Source of the DNA: Spirogloea muscicola
Taxonomy: Eukaryota
Direction: 5' to 3'
Assembly (NCBI GenBank): GCA_009602725.1
Contig: WELB01000013.1
Span: forward strand, 259,378-323,377
DNA length: 64,000 bases
Under the pieces are notes generated by a model, which saw nothing but the letters and a program-made list of their open reading frames with translations, searched no databases and was not told where the DNA came from. Made by a program: the position numbers and the translations under genes. The first letter of the stretch is position 1; every line of letters starts with the position of its first letter. Shown in pieces: positions 12,440 to 25,045 of the stretch.

Positions 12440-13060
12440 TGAAAAGAAGTGGCTCTCCCAATGGGGGCAAGGGCTGTGAGAAGCCAGCCCGAAAAGAATT
12501 GACAAGGTTCGAAGGGGCCAAACTACGAGCTAAGCAGCGACTGCGGGGCCTGAAGAGGCTATGGCAGAACGGGGGAGGATGGTCCACTTAGTAGTTACGA
12601 GTGAGGAGCCTCACATCCGACAGACTAGCTGCCGGTAAACTATCCCCCTGACGAAAGCCGGAGGCCGCAGCGAGAGCACGGCCAGCACGCAGATGCAAGG
12701 CGTGGGCCATGGACCGCTGGAGGGAGACGGACAAGCGCATACGATACACCTGAGCCCACGAGCCAGCGGCGTTGAAGTCAGCCGGCTCACCGCGCCTGCG
12801 GGACACAGCGCGCCGTGCAAGCCTTGCCAACAGGTCGAGCCAGTGGGATCCGAGAGCCCCATGCACGTCCACAGCCAGGGGGACGAACTCGTCGGCAGCC
12901 GGGTGGTCGGCGTGTTTGGCCGCCTTGCTGCGAGCGGCCTTTGCCGCAGCGTGGCCAGCCCGCGAGGCAGAAAGCCCCGGGTTGGAGCGGTCGACCACAT
13001 CAGTGGTGACCACATCGGCAATGATGCGCCCGCCACCGCCCGTCGTGTGAAAAGCCAGCC
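12440..13060 (-). mobile_element. Best-preserved copy: C-terminal REL endonuclease ORF fragment (stop at 12588) plus 3' UTR type A
   Basis: IIADVVTTD...AAKAARSKAAKH...FVPLAVDVHGALG...LLARLA...RLSVSLQRSMA fits the D...K..K...F.P...G...L..LA...SxxLQR pattern of the PD-(D/E)xK domain of CRE/R2-group elements; upstream PD, zinc knuckle and RT are missing. Confidence 0.8.
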
Positions 13061-15369
13061 CAGAAAGAATGGAGCAAAGGTGCGGACCCACTGCCAGTAC
13101 TGACAGGTTTTTGAGTACACTTAGGACCGGTTGACGGACAACGAGAGCAAAAGCTTATTGATAGCTTGGCAGGCTGCCCTCGTGGAGGCTTATGCTCATG
13201 TTGTCTGCTATTAGGTGAGTGCCTCAATACTGGTGTCTTGCTATTTACGCCTCCCCGCCCCTCCAGACCTTGTCCATTCTTTTGGGCTGGCCTCTCACAG
13301 CCACCAGTCAATTTGGAACCGCTGAGACTGGATTTCCAATATTGGCCTCCGCAATTACCGAACGGTGTGCGTGGAGGGCGGCCTGCCATCATTGCAGAGC
13401 TCGCCCTCAGCTCGCTGCCGAGAAGAAGAAGACGAGGAAGAAGAAGAGGTGGCGCGCGGTTCGCGTGGAATGAAAGGTAGTCCAAGCCGAGCCAATACAC
13501 CACTGGTCATGCGAAAGGCAAAGGAAGTGCAAAGAATGGGGCCACACAAACCGAAACCCCCGCATAAGAGGGGCTAGCGATCTAAGCGAAGGCGAGCGGT
13601 GCGCAATGTGGAATTAAAAGGAGGCCATTCCAAGCCAATAGAGTGTTAGGGCAAAAGCTAGAGAATGGAGCTACATGGAACGGAGTCCTATGCTACGGGG
13701 GCTAAGGTAACAGTGCACTGCAAGAGCCGGCTGTAAGGGGACCTCAGTACCCAAGAGTGGGCACATACAGATCCGACACAGAGGCTCTGTCGGCTAAGTT
13801 GGGGAGCTGGAGGACGGCCGCACAAACCAGTGGCCTGGCTTAGAGCGTGCCAGCACGTGAACTTATCTAAGCTTGGGAGCGCTGCATACTTAGCGAAAGA
13901 CACATTCTGTCACTGATACCAGCGGAATTTTAGTAGATTACAAGCAGCCCTGACTGCGACTATTTGGGTCAATCGGCCAAGGAGATGCTGGAGGAGGAAG
14001 GACAATTCGTACCGTAGCCACCAAAAATGTCATTATTGCATGGATAGAAGAGGTCTCCTCGTGGCGGGTCCCTGTTTTGCCTCTCCTTTTTGTTCTCCGT
14101 ATGAGTTGTTGCTTAGCCAGGCACAGTCGACGTGCGTGCTCCCGCTTTCAATCCGTCAATAAGTACAACATCGAGTAGCACCGAGGCCCGCCGCTCACGG
14201 GGCCACGTCCTGACGCCTCACGTGAGGCTTGCGAGTTTGTCAGCGACGGACATGATACCCGACACTCTCCATTGCTCTAAGCCAAGCCACTGGCTTCCGT
14301 GGCGTTGCTCCGGTTTTCCAAGTTAGCCTGTCGGATCTGTGTGTGCTCACCAACGAGTGAGCAAACATTGAACAGGCTAACATGCTAACTTGGGGAGCAC
14401 CGCTATGGAAGCCAGTGACCAGATTAGGGCGCGCCCAGCATGCTGATGAATGGCCAGGACGTGCGGGCACTGCAGGCTTAGCGTGGGCCGCATCCTGAAG
14501 CACGCAACTAACAAGAGAACGAAGGAGCTTCTAAAATGAATTTTTCTGACAAAAGCCAGCCCAAGTAATGGACAAGTTCTGGAGTGTTGTTGATCTGGGG
14601 TTATCCTCTGCGGTGAACAGGTAGACTTGGCTGATGGAAAAGCCATGGCGCTAACCTAACCTAGCAGTAGATTACGGCTGTTACCTGGTAATTACGTAGA
14701 GCGGCGAGGAGCCGCAAGGGGCGCTGGTCCCAGCTGTCCGGCGCGCAGACCTGGTTGCCATCCCGCCCGGCGGGAGAAGGGCTCGCCCATTGAGGATAGG
14801 GGCTGGAAAAAGCCAGCCCAGAAAAGAACGAACAAAGGACGAGAAGGGGCCAGGGAGGCAAGCGCGGCCAGATTAACTGGTGGCTGGGAGAGGCCAGCCC
14901 AAAAGAATGGACAAGGGCCAGGGGAAGTACGAAGAACAACAAGCACAGAAAAGAAACGAAGCAGCTACGAAGCACTCAGTAAGCCCTGCTAAGCAGCCTC
15001 AGGTCAGAGAGACTGGGTTCCTGGAAGCGGGTCCCCTGACCAGAGCCAGAGGCAGCAGCGAGGGCTCTGCCTGCACGCAGGCAGGGGTCCCCGCATCATT
15101 GCGGATGTGGTGACTACCGACTCCCCCATCAAATCGGCGTCGACAGCAGGGCACGCGATCGGCATGGCGGCTCGCGGTAGGGGGAGAAGGCCCGCGAAGC
15201 ACATGATGGAAGGGAGGCCAATTCAAGCCAATACAGTGTTTGGGCAGAGACTAGTGCAAATTAAACAAGGCGACATAAGACGGAGACCTAAAGTAAGGTG
15301 CCTAACGCGACATTAGTACCCACAGGTGAGCACAAACAAATCTGACAAGCTAACTTGGGGAGCTGGAGC

Positions 15370-15900
15370 GCCGCCAAGAAGGGTGGCAAGGACCGCAAAT
15401 ACGCGGATCACCCGGCTGGGGATGAATTCGCGGCCCTTGCGATCGACGTACACGGGGCCAACGGCAGTCGCTGGCTGGACCTCCTGCAGCGGCTTGCCCG
15501 GCAGGCCATTGATCGGCGGGCGGGTCCGCCAGGGGAGGTGCCGGGCTTCAATGCTGCCGGCTCGCTTGCTCAGGTCTTTCGCATGCGGCTCTCCGTCTCT
15601 CTCCAGCGCTCTTTGGCTCAAGCAGTCCACACACGTGCCGGCCGTGCTATGGCTGCTGCCTCAGGGTCTCGCCGGAGTGCTTCCTTTCCTGCAGCGAGTT
15701 ACTCGGACCTGATGTTGCTTACTCGCGGGTACTGAGCTTCCATATGCATCGCCTCGTGTCTAGTTGTGTATTTTTTATTTTCGGGTCCTTTCCTGGCTTT
15801 GGATATTGTCCATTTCTTCTGGGCTGGCTTGGCCAGCCCCCTCTTTCTCAGGGCGCGCCAGTCCCTGGTGGTGTTGGGCAGTTCCAGCCACCGGTGTGGC
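15370..15900 (+). mobile_element. Second REL ORF fragment (stop at 15735) plus 3' UTR
   Basis: KYADHPAGDEFAALAIDVHGANGSRWLDLLQRLARQA...FNAAGSLAQVFRMRLSVSLQRSLAQAVH...SYSDLMLLTRGY* is paralogous to 12588-13060. Confidence 0.8.
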
Positions 15901-16059
15901 TCTGTCCGTCCTGCCCCACGCTGCTCCCGGCCGCGAACTGGACGCTCTCAATTAGCCTCGCTTGACCGACCGTCACGCTTCCGCAGTCAGCAGTCATGAG
16001 GTTGCTGGGCTATTTCCAGCGTAATATCAGAGGCGGCAGCGAGGCCACCGCCCGGCACG

Positions 16060-17411
16060 CATAGTTCAACGGCGAGAACTTCCGCCGTGGAGGTTCATCA
16101 TGGAGCACCGCCTCAAGTTCCTCGGGTACTGGCAGGTGGTGAATCAGCCTGACGAGGCTGATCCGCAAGGCAAGGACGGCTTCCCCCCGGCAGCGCAAGT
16201 CGAGGACAACGAGGAGGCTGCATCGACTGCACCAGCAGCATCGGCTGCTGATGGGGCTTTCAGGACTGCCACGAAGAAGGCGGCAGCTGCTGTCAAGAAG
16301 AAGGCGGCGGAGGCGGCGGCAATGCAAGCTAAGCTGAGTGCGGATGCCCTGACTTTCCTCATCGGGTGCCTAGCACCCAGTCAGGTTCGACACATCATGA
16401 GTACCCGAACTGCAGCCCAGGCTTGGTGGAGACTCAACGATGTACACTCGTCCAAGAATACCTCTGGAAGGCCTACGTCCGCATGCAACCGTGGGAGGCG
16501 TGGCGCGAACCCGACCAGCCAATGGCCGACCACATCTCAAGGCTGAAGGGCATCACGGTAGAGTTGCGCGTGGCCGACGCCAAGAAGAGGAGGGGACACA
16601 TGCCCTGCTCCTCTCAATGCGGCGAGAATGGCCGCATGTGGTGAGCGCTCTGAGCACTGTGGGAGGTACACTCACCTTCCAGCAAGTGGCTCAGAAGTCT
16701 TTGCGAGAGGAGGCGCAGCTGGAGCACGACGACCAGATCAGAATGACTCCTGTGGCTGCGGCAATGGTCAGCAGGGCTGATCATGGGCGACAGCAGTCAA
16801 CCAGGAGGCAGAAGAATGACTGGCGGCCCAGAAGGGACCATCGTGGAGATATCTGCAATCGCTGCAAGAAGAGAGGCCATTGGGCCAGGGATTGCCGGGG
16901 CTCCAAGGAGGATCACCAGCAACATGAGCACCAGGCGCTCTCCGCGCTCCACCAGCACCACAACCAGCAACCAGACCACTGGATCGTTGACAGTGCCGCC
17001 CACACGACAAAGACAGAGAGGAGGGAGTGGCTGCATGGACACACGCCGACCAAGAGGCAGACTGTCACATTTGGCAACAGGAAGACCTGCAGGTGACCGG
17101 CGTGGAATTGGTGGTGCTGCATCATCACGTCCAAGGGAAGGAGACCGAGATCATCCTCGCCAAGATTCTGCATGTACCTGGCATCTCTACCAGCCTGCTC
17201 TCTGTCAAGCAGATGACCGAGAAGGGAGCTGACATCAGCTTCAAGAAGGGCCAATGCTGGATCAGCTACAAGGACGAGCTGCTGGGCTGACTGCAGCACC
17301 AGCAGTTCAAGCTGCACAGCAGGCCCGAGGTGGTGGAGGTGGAGGAGGCAGCAGGAGGTGAGAAGAGCAAGCGCATGCTCTGGCACCAGCGACTCGGCCA
17401 ATTTGGAGTCG
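16060..17411 (+). mobile_element. Degenerate Ty1/copia gag, protease and GAG-pre-integrase relic (frameshifted; no integrase core, RT or LTR seen)
   Basis: FNGENFR..MEHRLKFLGYWQVV gag N-terminus, CNRCKKRGHWARDC zinc knuckle, WIVDSAA-H protease motif, ILHVPGISTSLLSVKQMTEKG, MLWHQRLG. Confidence 0.88.
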
Positions 17412-17423
17412 AGTCCCTTGGCC

Positions 17424-17930
17424 AGTCCTTTGGCCTGCAGCTCCTTGAGCTACTTCACTCCAAGGTGGCCGAGTCGCTGGTGCCAGAGCATGCGCTTGCT
17501 CTTCTCACCTCATGCTGCCACGATGGCTGGTGCTGCAGTCTTGCCACACCCAGCAGCTTGTCCTTGAAACTAAGCCAGCACTGGCCCTTTCTGAAGCTGA
17601 TGTTAGCTCCCTTCTCGGTCATCTGCTTGATTGAGAGTAGGCTGGTGGAGATGCCAGGTACGTGTAGCACCTTCGTGAGGACGATCTTGGTCTCCTCGTC
17701 GGACGAAATGTCGCAGCTCCACTGACCCCACACTGGCCACCTGCAGAGTCTTCTTGTTACCGAAGGTTGACTGTCTGCCCCTTGGTCGGCGTGTACTCCT
17801 GCAGCCACTCCCTCTTTCCTGTCATGTGGCCTGAGGCCCCACTGTCTAGGATCCAGTGGTCTGGCTGCTGAGCATAGTGCAGACGACCGCGGAGAGCGCC
17901 TGGTGCTCATGTTGCTGGTGATCCTCAACA
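17424..17930 (-). mobile_element. Second copia fragment, inverted relative to the first
   Basis: KVLHVPGISTSLLSIKQMTEKGANISFRKGQCW and WHQRLGHLGVK*LKELQAKG on the minus strand; DNA is clearly similar to about 16905-17410. Confidence 0.85.
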
Positions 17931-18143
17931 TAGAGGAGCTGGAAAGCGCAGATTACACAGCAAAGCAAATGGCTAGAAGGGTGACTGGCCACACAAAAAC
18001 CTTAGCCAAGTCCATACCATTGAAACGGAAGTGTCTAACAAGAATGATAAGCAGCTCTCTCATGCGGGGGCGAGGGCTGTCAACACGCCAGCCCAAAAAC
18101 GATTTGAACAAAGAACAGTCTACTTAACAGCCGCTAAATTTTA

Positions 18144-18535
18144 TCAACAGGCAAAACAGCCACAGAAATGGCTGGACATACATGTCCTCCAATCCTTCTG
18201 GACCGGCCTCTCACAAGAGGCTGCAGCTAGGGCACGACCGGCACGCAGATGCAACGCGCGAGCCATGGACCTCTGCAGCGAGACGGACAAGCGCATGCGG
18301 TACACCTGCGCGAGCGAGCCTGCTGCATGGAAATCCACCGGCTGTGTGCTAGCTTAAGCGCTTTCCCTTGGCTCCTTCGACCTTTGTTCATTCTTTCTTT
18401 TGGGCTGGCCTCTCCGAGCCACCGCCCTCTCATGGAAACGTCTCCATCTCTTTCTGGCCTTTCACAGCGATCGCCCCTTGTCCATTCCTTTGGGCTGGCC
18501 TCTCCCAGCCACCAGTTAATTTGGCCGCGCTTGCT
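18144..18535. mobile_element. REL element fragments: ORF piece on the minus strand (18144-18340) and type B 3' UTRs on the plus strand (18370-18535)
   Basis: DFHAAGSLAQVYRMRLSVSLQRSMARALHLRAGRALAAAS; gtccattcctttgggctggcctctcccagccaccagttaatttggccgcgcttgctctct. Confidence 0.8.
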
Positions 18536-18764
18536 CTCTGATGGCTCCTCATGCAGAAAGAGAAACAGCTTCCGCAATGTAAGTGAGTGGTCCAGAGGCC
18601 AGCCCAACGGAATGACCAACAAGGTCCGGGAAAGGGAACCATCGATGGATCATCAATGCCGCAACAGCCTGATGGAGGCCGTGGGCCCAGAAGGGGCGGG
18701 AGACGCCGTTGTGCGTCCACGCCGCCCTGCCGTACTCCTCAAGATCTTTTCGGAGGCGAGGTCT

Positions 18765-18840
18765 CCACGTGGTGGCTGCCACGGCTCGACAGGTGTCTCG
18801 GACGCGTGAAATTAAACGTCGATGACACGTGGCGCACGCG
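18765..18840 (+). promoter_or_regulatory. G-box/ABRE cluster upstream of the Raf-like kinase
   Basis: CCACGTGG (18765-18772), CE3-like ACGCGTG (18802-18808), GACACGTGGC (18824-18833); function inferred from motif only. Confidence 0.5.
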
Positions 18841-19073
18841 CCGGCTGGCGTCGTACGGTGGACGCCATTGCCCGGAAACCAAGTGGGGGGTTCGGACCCC
18901 GAACCTGCTGACGCGCGCGCCGCCGGGGGTCTCCCCTCTCCCCGAGTTTGACAGAGAGTCGTTATCAGAGGTCTCGCTTCTCGGCGACCACCGTCCCCTC
19001 CACCCCCCGCCTGTATTCACGGCCGCGTTCCCGTCCCCGCGACCCAAACCCCGCCGCCGCCGCCGGGCTGGCC

Positions 19074-19175
19074 ATGGCCACCGCCGCGCCGCCGCCGCCG
19101 CCGCCGCCACCGTCCTCGGCGCAGCGCCACCGCGGCCTCCACTACCGCCGCGGCCGCGACCGCAGCCGGCCCTGA
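19074..19175 (+). promoter_or_regulatory. Candidate 33-codon uORF in frame with the Raf kinase ORF
   Basis: gccATGg context, [36 protein letters not shown] ends 39 nt before ATG 19215. Confidence 0.45.
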
Positions 19176-19214
19176 GGCGAGGCTCGTCGCCAGCAGCGGG
19201 CAAGGCCGGTGGCG

Positions 19215-22200
19215 ATGGCGATGGCGGTGGAGTCGCCCCCTGAGCCGCGGCGGCCGCCCGACGCGCCGCCCGACCGCTCTCCTCCTGTGGACGAGCAGAA
19301 GGTGAGGCAAGGGCTTTGCGGCGTCCTTCCGGGACTCCCCCCCTCCCGGCCGGGGCAGTACGCCCGCCGCATCCGCCGCTGCTTCCATCACCCTGGGCTC
19401 CTCGTGGCCAACATCGCAGGCCACAGCTTCTGCGTCCAGTAGCTCGCCGAGTCGCTCAGGAGCGGGCGCCGAGAGCACCGCATCCCCCGCTCGCGCCCCG
19501 AAGGTCGCACTGAGTCGCTTGAAGCTCCAGTGACTCCCTTGTTAGCAGCTGGGGTTTCTGTCAGGAGGTCACATGGTGCACGTGCTAGCAACTGCCTGCT
19601 AGCGCTTTCACTCTGTGTTGGCTACCGTGGCCGTTTCCTGGCCTGGTCGGAAGTCTCCCACATCATTCGCCGAGCTCGTGGCTTGCGAACGTAACGCTCT
19701 GGCCTCCAGCGTGCATAACAGCTGTCTGGCAGCATTTGTGCGCACGAGCTGCTAGTGCTCCTTTGGGCTTTTGTCATCCAGAGGCCTGTGGACTGAGGGA
19801 CGAGAACGTGTATTAGAAGCTGGATGCCTAGCTTCTCACTAAGCAAGTCCTAGGGAAGCTTACAAGGTCACTTCGCCCTGGTGGATTTGTAACAACTTCA
19901 TTCTTGCCAGATAGCAAATTTTGGGCCAGCAATAGTATTCGTCTCAGGGGTGCCGGGCATTGCTCGTTATTCCTCTACTAATGTGGGAGAATGTCAAGTG
20001 GTTACAGGGCGCTGGATTTGGCGCCTCAACTAGGACATTGGAGCCTTTGCCAAGTGCCTAGATAAGAGGTGCAAGATAAATCTGCTGATGCAATGGTCAG
20101 GTGCCCCTGCGCCTGTTATGTAGCAGGCCCTGCGGACGAAGATAGCTGAGATGGAGGAGAGTCATCAGCAGCTGGTGAAGAAGATGGCGGAAATGCTGCT
20201 CGTGCAGCGCAAGCTGGAGAGCGACCTCAAGGATGCCAAGCTGCTGCGCTATCCAAGCGACAGCGAGCTTGATGTGCAGAGGCGACCTGCCTCCACCAGC
20301 ATGGCAGCAGCAAATCCTCCTTGCGGGGAGGATTATAACATGGCGGTTGCTGCTCACACTACTGGTGCGAGCCTGTCCGAGCACGAGGGCGTTGATTCGG
20401 CTGGTGTGGAGCATGCTCTGAGGGAGGTCGGCCAGGCTGTGTACTGCTTCACTGAAAGTGGCGAGATCATGTACTGGTATAGCCTGACAAAGGCTTTTGC
20501 AAGCTTGAGCATATTTGGCCTGCCTGCTAATTGCTATGTAGATCACCTTTGTGGCATCATGCGGAATGCGCAAGCCACTTTGTGCCACTGAGGTAGCCGT
20601 CCAACTCAATCTCTCCTACTGACGGAGCTGATGCTAGTGAATTGCCTGCTTCCTCGCTCTCGTTGGTGATTATGGCGGGGTCGCAGGAGCCCCGCAGCAC
20701 AGGACTTGTATGGCTACACCGAGGAGGAGGCAGTCGGTCGTAAGAAGACAGACCTGCTTGGCATGGACGGCACTAAGGAGGTGGCTGGCCACATTCTCGC
20801 GCACCTCGCCTCGGGGCGGTCCTGGACCGGGCAGTTCCCGCTGCATACCAAGTCTGGCCGGGTGTTCACAGCCATGATCACTGAGACGCCGCTCTTTGAC
20901 GACCAGGGCATGCTCACTGGCATCATCGGCGTCGCCTGCGACGCCATTGCCTTCATGTGAGTCCGGTTGCTAAGTTTTAAAACTTATGGTTACAGCCGAA
21001 AGAGTGGCAGTTACTGCATTGATCTGCCTACTTCTTGACAGTGCACACAGAGACACTTGTGCCATCTCCATTGCATGTTAGCCAGTAGCTGTGGTCGAGT
21101 GTGTGGGGGGACATCCAGCAGGCTGATCATTGTCATGTACTTTGCAGTAATAAACTCCACCTTGGGAATGACAAGCACGGGCTAAACCGTTCGGCAGAGG
21201 TGTCCAGCGCAAAGGCAGGGGCGGCCGGCAATGGAAGCAGGTCAGCCACTCTAGCTCCTCTACCACATAGTCTCAGTCAAAGTGCTCTTGTTGATTGCAT
21301 GTGCAGCTAATGATGCATTGGAAACGCTAGAAGGCAGCCTTGAATACCACCTTGTGATGGCATCGCTTGGTTCACACTGCCATTGCAAGGCTCCTTATGC
21401 TTTTACAGATTGGACGTGACTGCTGTGAGCGAAGCCAGTCAGGAGAGTGCACCTGTTACACCGCCGACCAGGGCGACAGGTGCTTGGGTGCACCCAGCAG
21501 GACCAAGGGGTGGAGATGCTGCTTCATCAGCTTCAGGTGAGGCTGAGAGCTACGGCGGCGCCAGCTCGTCGGGCGAGGACGTGTCATGGGGCAGCTCCCT
21601 GGGCTATAGCCAGAGCCAGGAGAAGCAGGAGAGTGCAAGAGCGGCGCCGTTGGAGCCGGCAGCGCAGCCCTGGGCTGGCATCTGGATGTACGACAACGCT
21701 CCTGCCTCGCCGTCCATGCGGCCGTGGTTTGCGCAGTTCTACAGCCCTGGCCAAGCGCCGCGGGCGCCCTTGAGGGCGCCCCTCCAGCGCTCGCCCTCGT
21801 TTCCGCCAGTCATGCGGTCTGCATGGCAGCAGAACCTCGCCGCCCTTCAGGCAATGACGACAGGGGAGCCCATGCCAGGCAGCGTCAAAGGGACACACCG
21901 AGAGCTGGATGCATCCTCGAGTGGTGGAGATACCACAGGGCTGGAGGCCCTCGAGGAGCGCAGTCGGTGTGCCTCAGATGACTTGGAGAAGGCAAGGTGG
22001 GCGGTAGACAAGTCAGACTCGCTTGCTAGCAGCTGGCAGGAGACGGTCGCTGCCCAGGGCGCCTGGCCGCGGGCAGGAGACGAGCACCGTGGCTCGGCCT
22101 CGGTGAATGGAGAGGAGGCAGCTGAGCGATTGGCTCGCTCTGAGTCGTTGGACAGCGCGGAACACTCGCCGGGCAGTGGCTCTGGCAGCAACACGAGCGA

Positions 22201-25045
22201 CGATGCCATCTCCCGTGGCAAGTACTCGTCAGGAGAAGACGACCCTATTACCTGGGAGATACCTTGGCAGGAGCTGACTGTTCTGGAGCGAGTCGGTCAG
22301 GGTGAGCAGCCCTGTCTTGCAACTTCAATGTCCACCCCATGCAAGAATATCAATTGTGTAGACGCAGAAACACAGTCTGCCTTGGCCATCACATACTTAA
22401 ACCCTGTGAACGACAACCATTGGGCAGCAGATATAGTGCCTGCATGTGACTTGCAAGCCATGACTGTGCAGGTTCAACCGCTACTGTGTACCACGGCCTC
22501 TGGCGGGGCTCAGTACGTGTGCTGGCCCCACATGCTTGAATCCTGAACCTAAGCAGGAGTGAAGAGGGTCCAGGCAGAGCCAGGGTTTAAGGCTCTCAGT
22601 CTATGCTTTAGGGTTGGGAAAGGATTAAAAGGTTGCACTACATAGTGTTGCAATGGCGTTACCTAGCATGAGCGCCAAGAGCATTTGGCTGGATGCTTGG
22701 CACAAGAGGGTGCTTAACATTGTCATCATTTCAGTCAGACAATGGATTGCTAAGTATTGATTGAGCCCCATTGCCTGACAGGACGTGGCCGTTAAGGTTT
22801 TTACAGAGCAGGAGTACAGCCCCCTGATGCTCGCCGAAATCAAAGACGAGGTATCCTGAATTGCATGTATTTAGGGTGTGCAATGCCGCTCTTTCTCAAG
22901 CAGGCTTAGCATAGGTAGATACTATTTGACACCTAAGTGCTCAAGCTGCTGCATGATATTGTGACCTTGACGTGCCTTCGACCGCCACCATACTGATTGC
23001 AGCCTTGGAGTTGGCATGTACCTCTGTGCAATGTCAGACTACGATGATGAGGCGGCTGAGGCATCCGAATGTTCTTCTTTTCATGGGCGCAACAACAACA
23101 GAAGATCACCTCTCCATGGTGACCGAGTTCCTGCCAAGGTAAGACCTTTTATCCACAAGTATTTAGGAGTATGACAAACATGGACTTGTATTATGCTCTG
23201 ACCGGTGCCTTGTGCAATGTCTGACGAAGCAGCTGCTGATTGCGGCAGGGGGAGCCTATACCGCCTGCTACATCGGAAGAAGGACAGCATCACTTGGCCT
23301 AGATGCTTGAGGATGGCACTAGACACAGTACGTCTCTCTGCAAGCGATTACAGCAGTTGGAAAAACTAACACCTAAACCTGGGACTTTTAAGAGTCACGT
23401 GTCCACCACTGTAACGACATTGACGACCGCATCCATGTAAATCTCAGTCTTGGTGTGGGGCAACCTCAGAGCTTCTTAGAGGAGCTGAACGATAAGCACA
23501 GCCTGGACTGCATCTCTTTTATGGAGTATATGGTCTGCTGTGAGCAGGCGAGGGGCATGGAGTACCTGCACCGCAGCAATCCTCCAATTGTACATCGCGA
23601 CTTGAAGTCATCCAACCTTCTTGTGGATAAGAACTGGACTGTCAAGGTACGTGAAACCCTTTGACTTCAGGTAAGGCAGGCATCAGTGCTTTACGATTAG
23701 TCAATGAAACCGAGTGATATCTGGCCCCTACTTACTTAATATGGTTTCTGAATATAACAACCCCTATTACCCCTATCCGACTTGGAGCTTCACAGCAAGA
23801 ATTTGAGAATATGAATTGGACCTCCGTATGCTGAGAGCTTAGGTCGCAGCAGCCAATTTTTGAAAGTGCAGTACCTCAATCTGCTTTTGGTCATGTCTCA
23901 CAGGTGGGCGACTTTGGCATTTCGAGATTGAAACATGCCACATTCTTGACTGCCCGGTCTGGAAAGGGCACGGTGAGGTCACTGCTCATTGGCTGGTACT
24001 TTATCTGATTTGATTCACATGTCTAAGAATTATGTTTAGGGTTAAGGGTTTCTTTTCAATCTCAAGCATCAGATACATGCGCATTTGAAGCACGTCCTGT
24101 ATACCATGGTTGTGTGTTGCTTATGTGGCCTGTTGTGGAGAAGCCTGCTTACACGATATGATATTTAATTTTCTCTGCAGCCCCAATGGATGGCTCCTGA
24201 AGTTCTTCGAAATGACCCATCCGATGAAACGTAATGTGCACACATGCATGCTTGTGCCGCCCTGTATCCTTCATTGAGTAGCTGCTGTGTCAAGTACCTT
24301 GGTTTAATAAGGTAGTGCCGCTAATATTTCAAGTACTTTGATTGTGGTTCTAAGTTGTCTTACACTTCATGATGTGCAGGTCAGATGTGTACAGTTTCGG
24401 AGTCATACTGTGGGAGCTTGCAACAAAGCAGGTGCCCTGGGAGGGGCTCAATTCCATGCAGGTGCATTCTTGTCTGGTCAGACTTGCAGTCCTTGTCCAT
24501 CCTCCAATTACTTGGGTTGTGTCAAAGAAGTGGTTTGAATGTGGCAATGACTATACAACTTCCTTGTATTCGAATGGTATCGCTGACCTTGACTGTGCCA
24601 TTGCAGGTTGTGGGAGCTGTTGGTTTCATGGAGCGTGCCCTTCCCATCCCGTCTGACATGGAGCCCAACATAGCAACACTCATAGAGCGCTGCTGCAAGA
24701 GGTGCTTCCCTAGCCTCGGATTGGTTGAGCTTAGTATACGGTGCGTGTATGGCTGGTGCTTGATATTAAACTCCCTTGCTGGTAAAAGTCTCCGATTGCT
24801 TTTAACAAGCTTGCTTGTCAAAACTCTTTGTACGCCGCCAACACCGCTGCACGGGCAGTCCTTCAATACTGCGGTTGTTCAACCAGTCAACCACCTTTTG
24901 GCATTTGAAGGTTGTTGATTGTGATTTGACTCCGTGCTGCAGAGATCCCAAGAAGAGACCACCATTTCAGGAGATCAGTGCTATTCTGAAGGGTTTGCAG
25001 CTCCCTCTTACATCAAAATCCGACAAGTTACATGCGGACCATTGA
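19215..25045 (+). CDS. PAS-domain Raf-like MAPKKK (subgroup B2), 14 exons
   Basis: N-terminal coiled coil; PAS ([35 protein letters not shown]...[10 protein letters not shown]); kinase [103 protein letters not shown]. Confidence 0.95.

Larger units (their letters stand above)
11805..15960. mobile_element. Island of nested, 5'-truncated 3' fragments of a REL-endonuclease (CRE-like) non-LTR retrotransposon superfamily, both orientations
   Basis: Repeated C-terminal peptide ...SD(L/V)xxLT(R/C/L)(G/N)Y* followed by subfamily-specific 3' UTRs that recur at 18.1-18.5, 38.2-39.8, 41.6, 46.6-47.5, 49.6 and 61.8-62.5 kb. Confidence 0.8.

Noticed and set aside
12588..13091. ORF considered as a Fanzor/TnpB or a host gene
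   Set aside because: No RuvC or zinc-finger motifs; it matches the REL C-terminus and occurs as multiple truncated copies
15990..16020. Possible copia primer-binding site or LTR boundary
   Set aside because: Only weak resemblance to a tRNA-Met PBS, and no TG...CA LTR pair found
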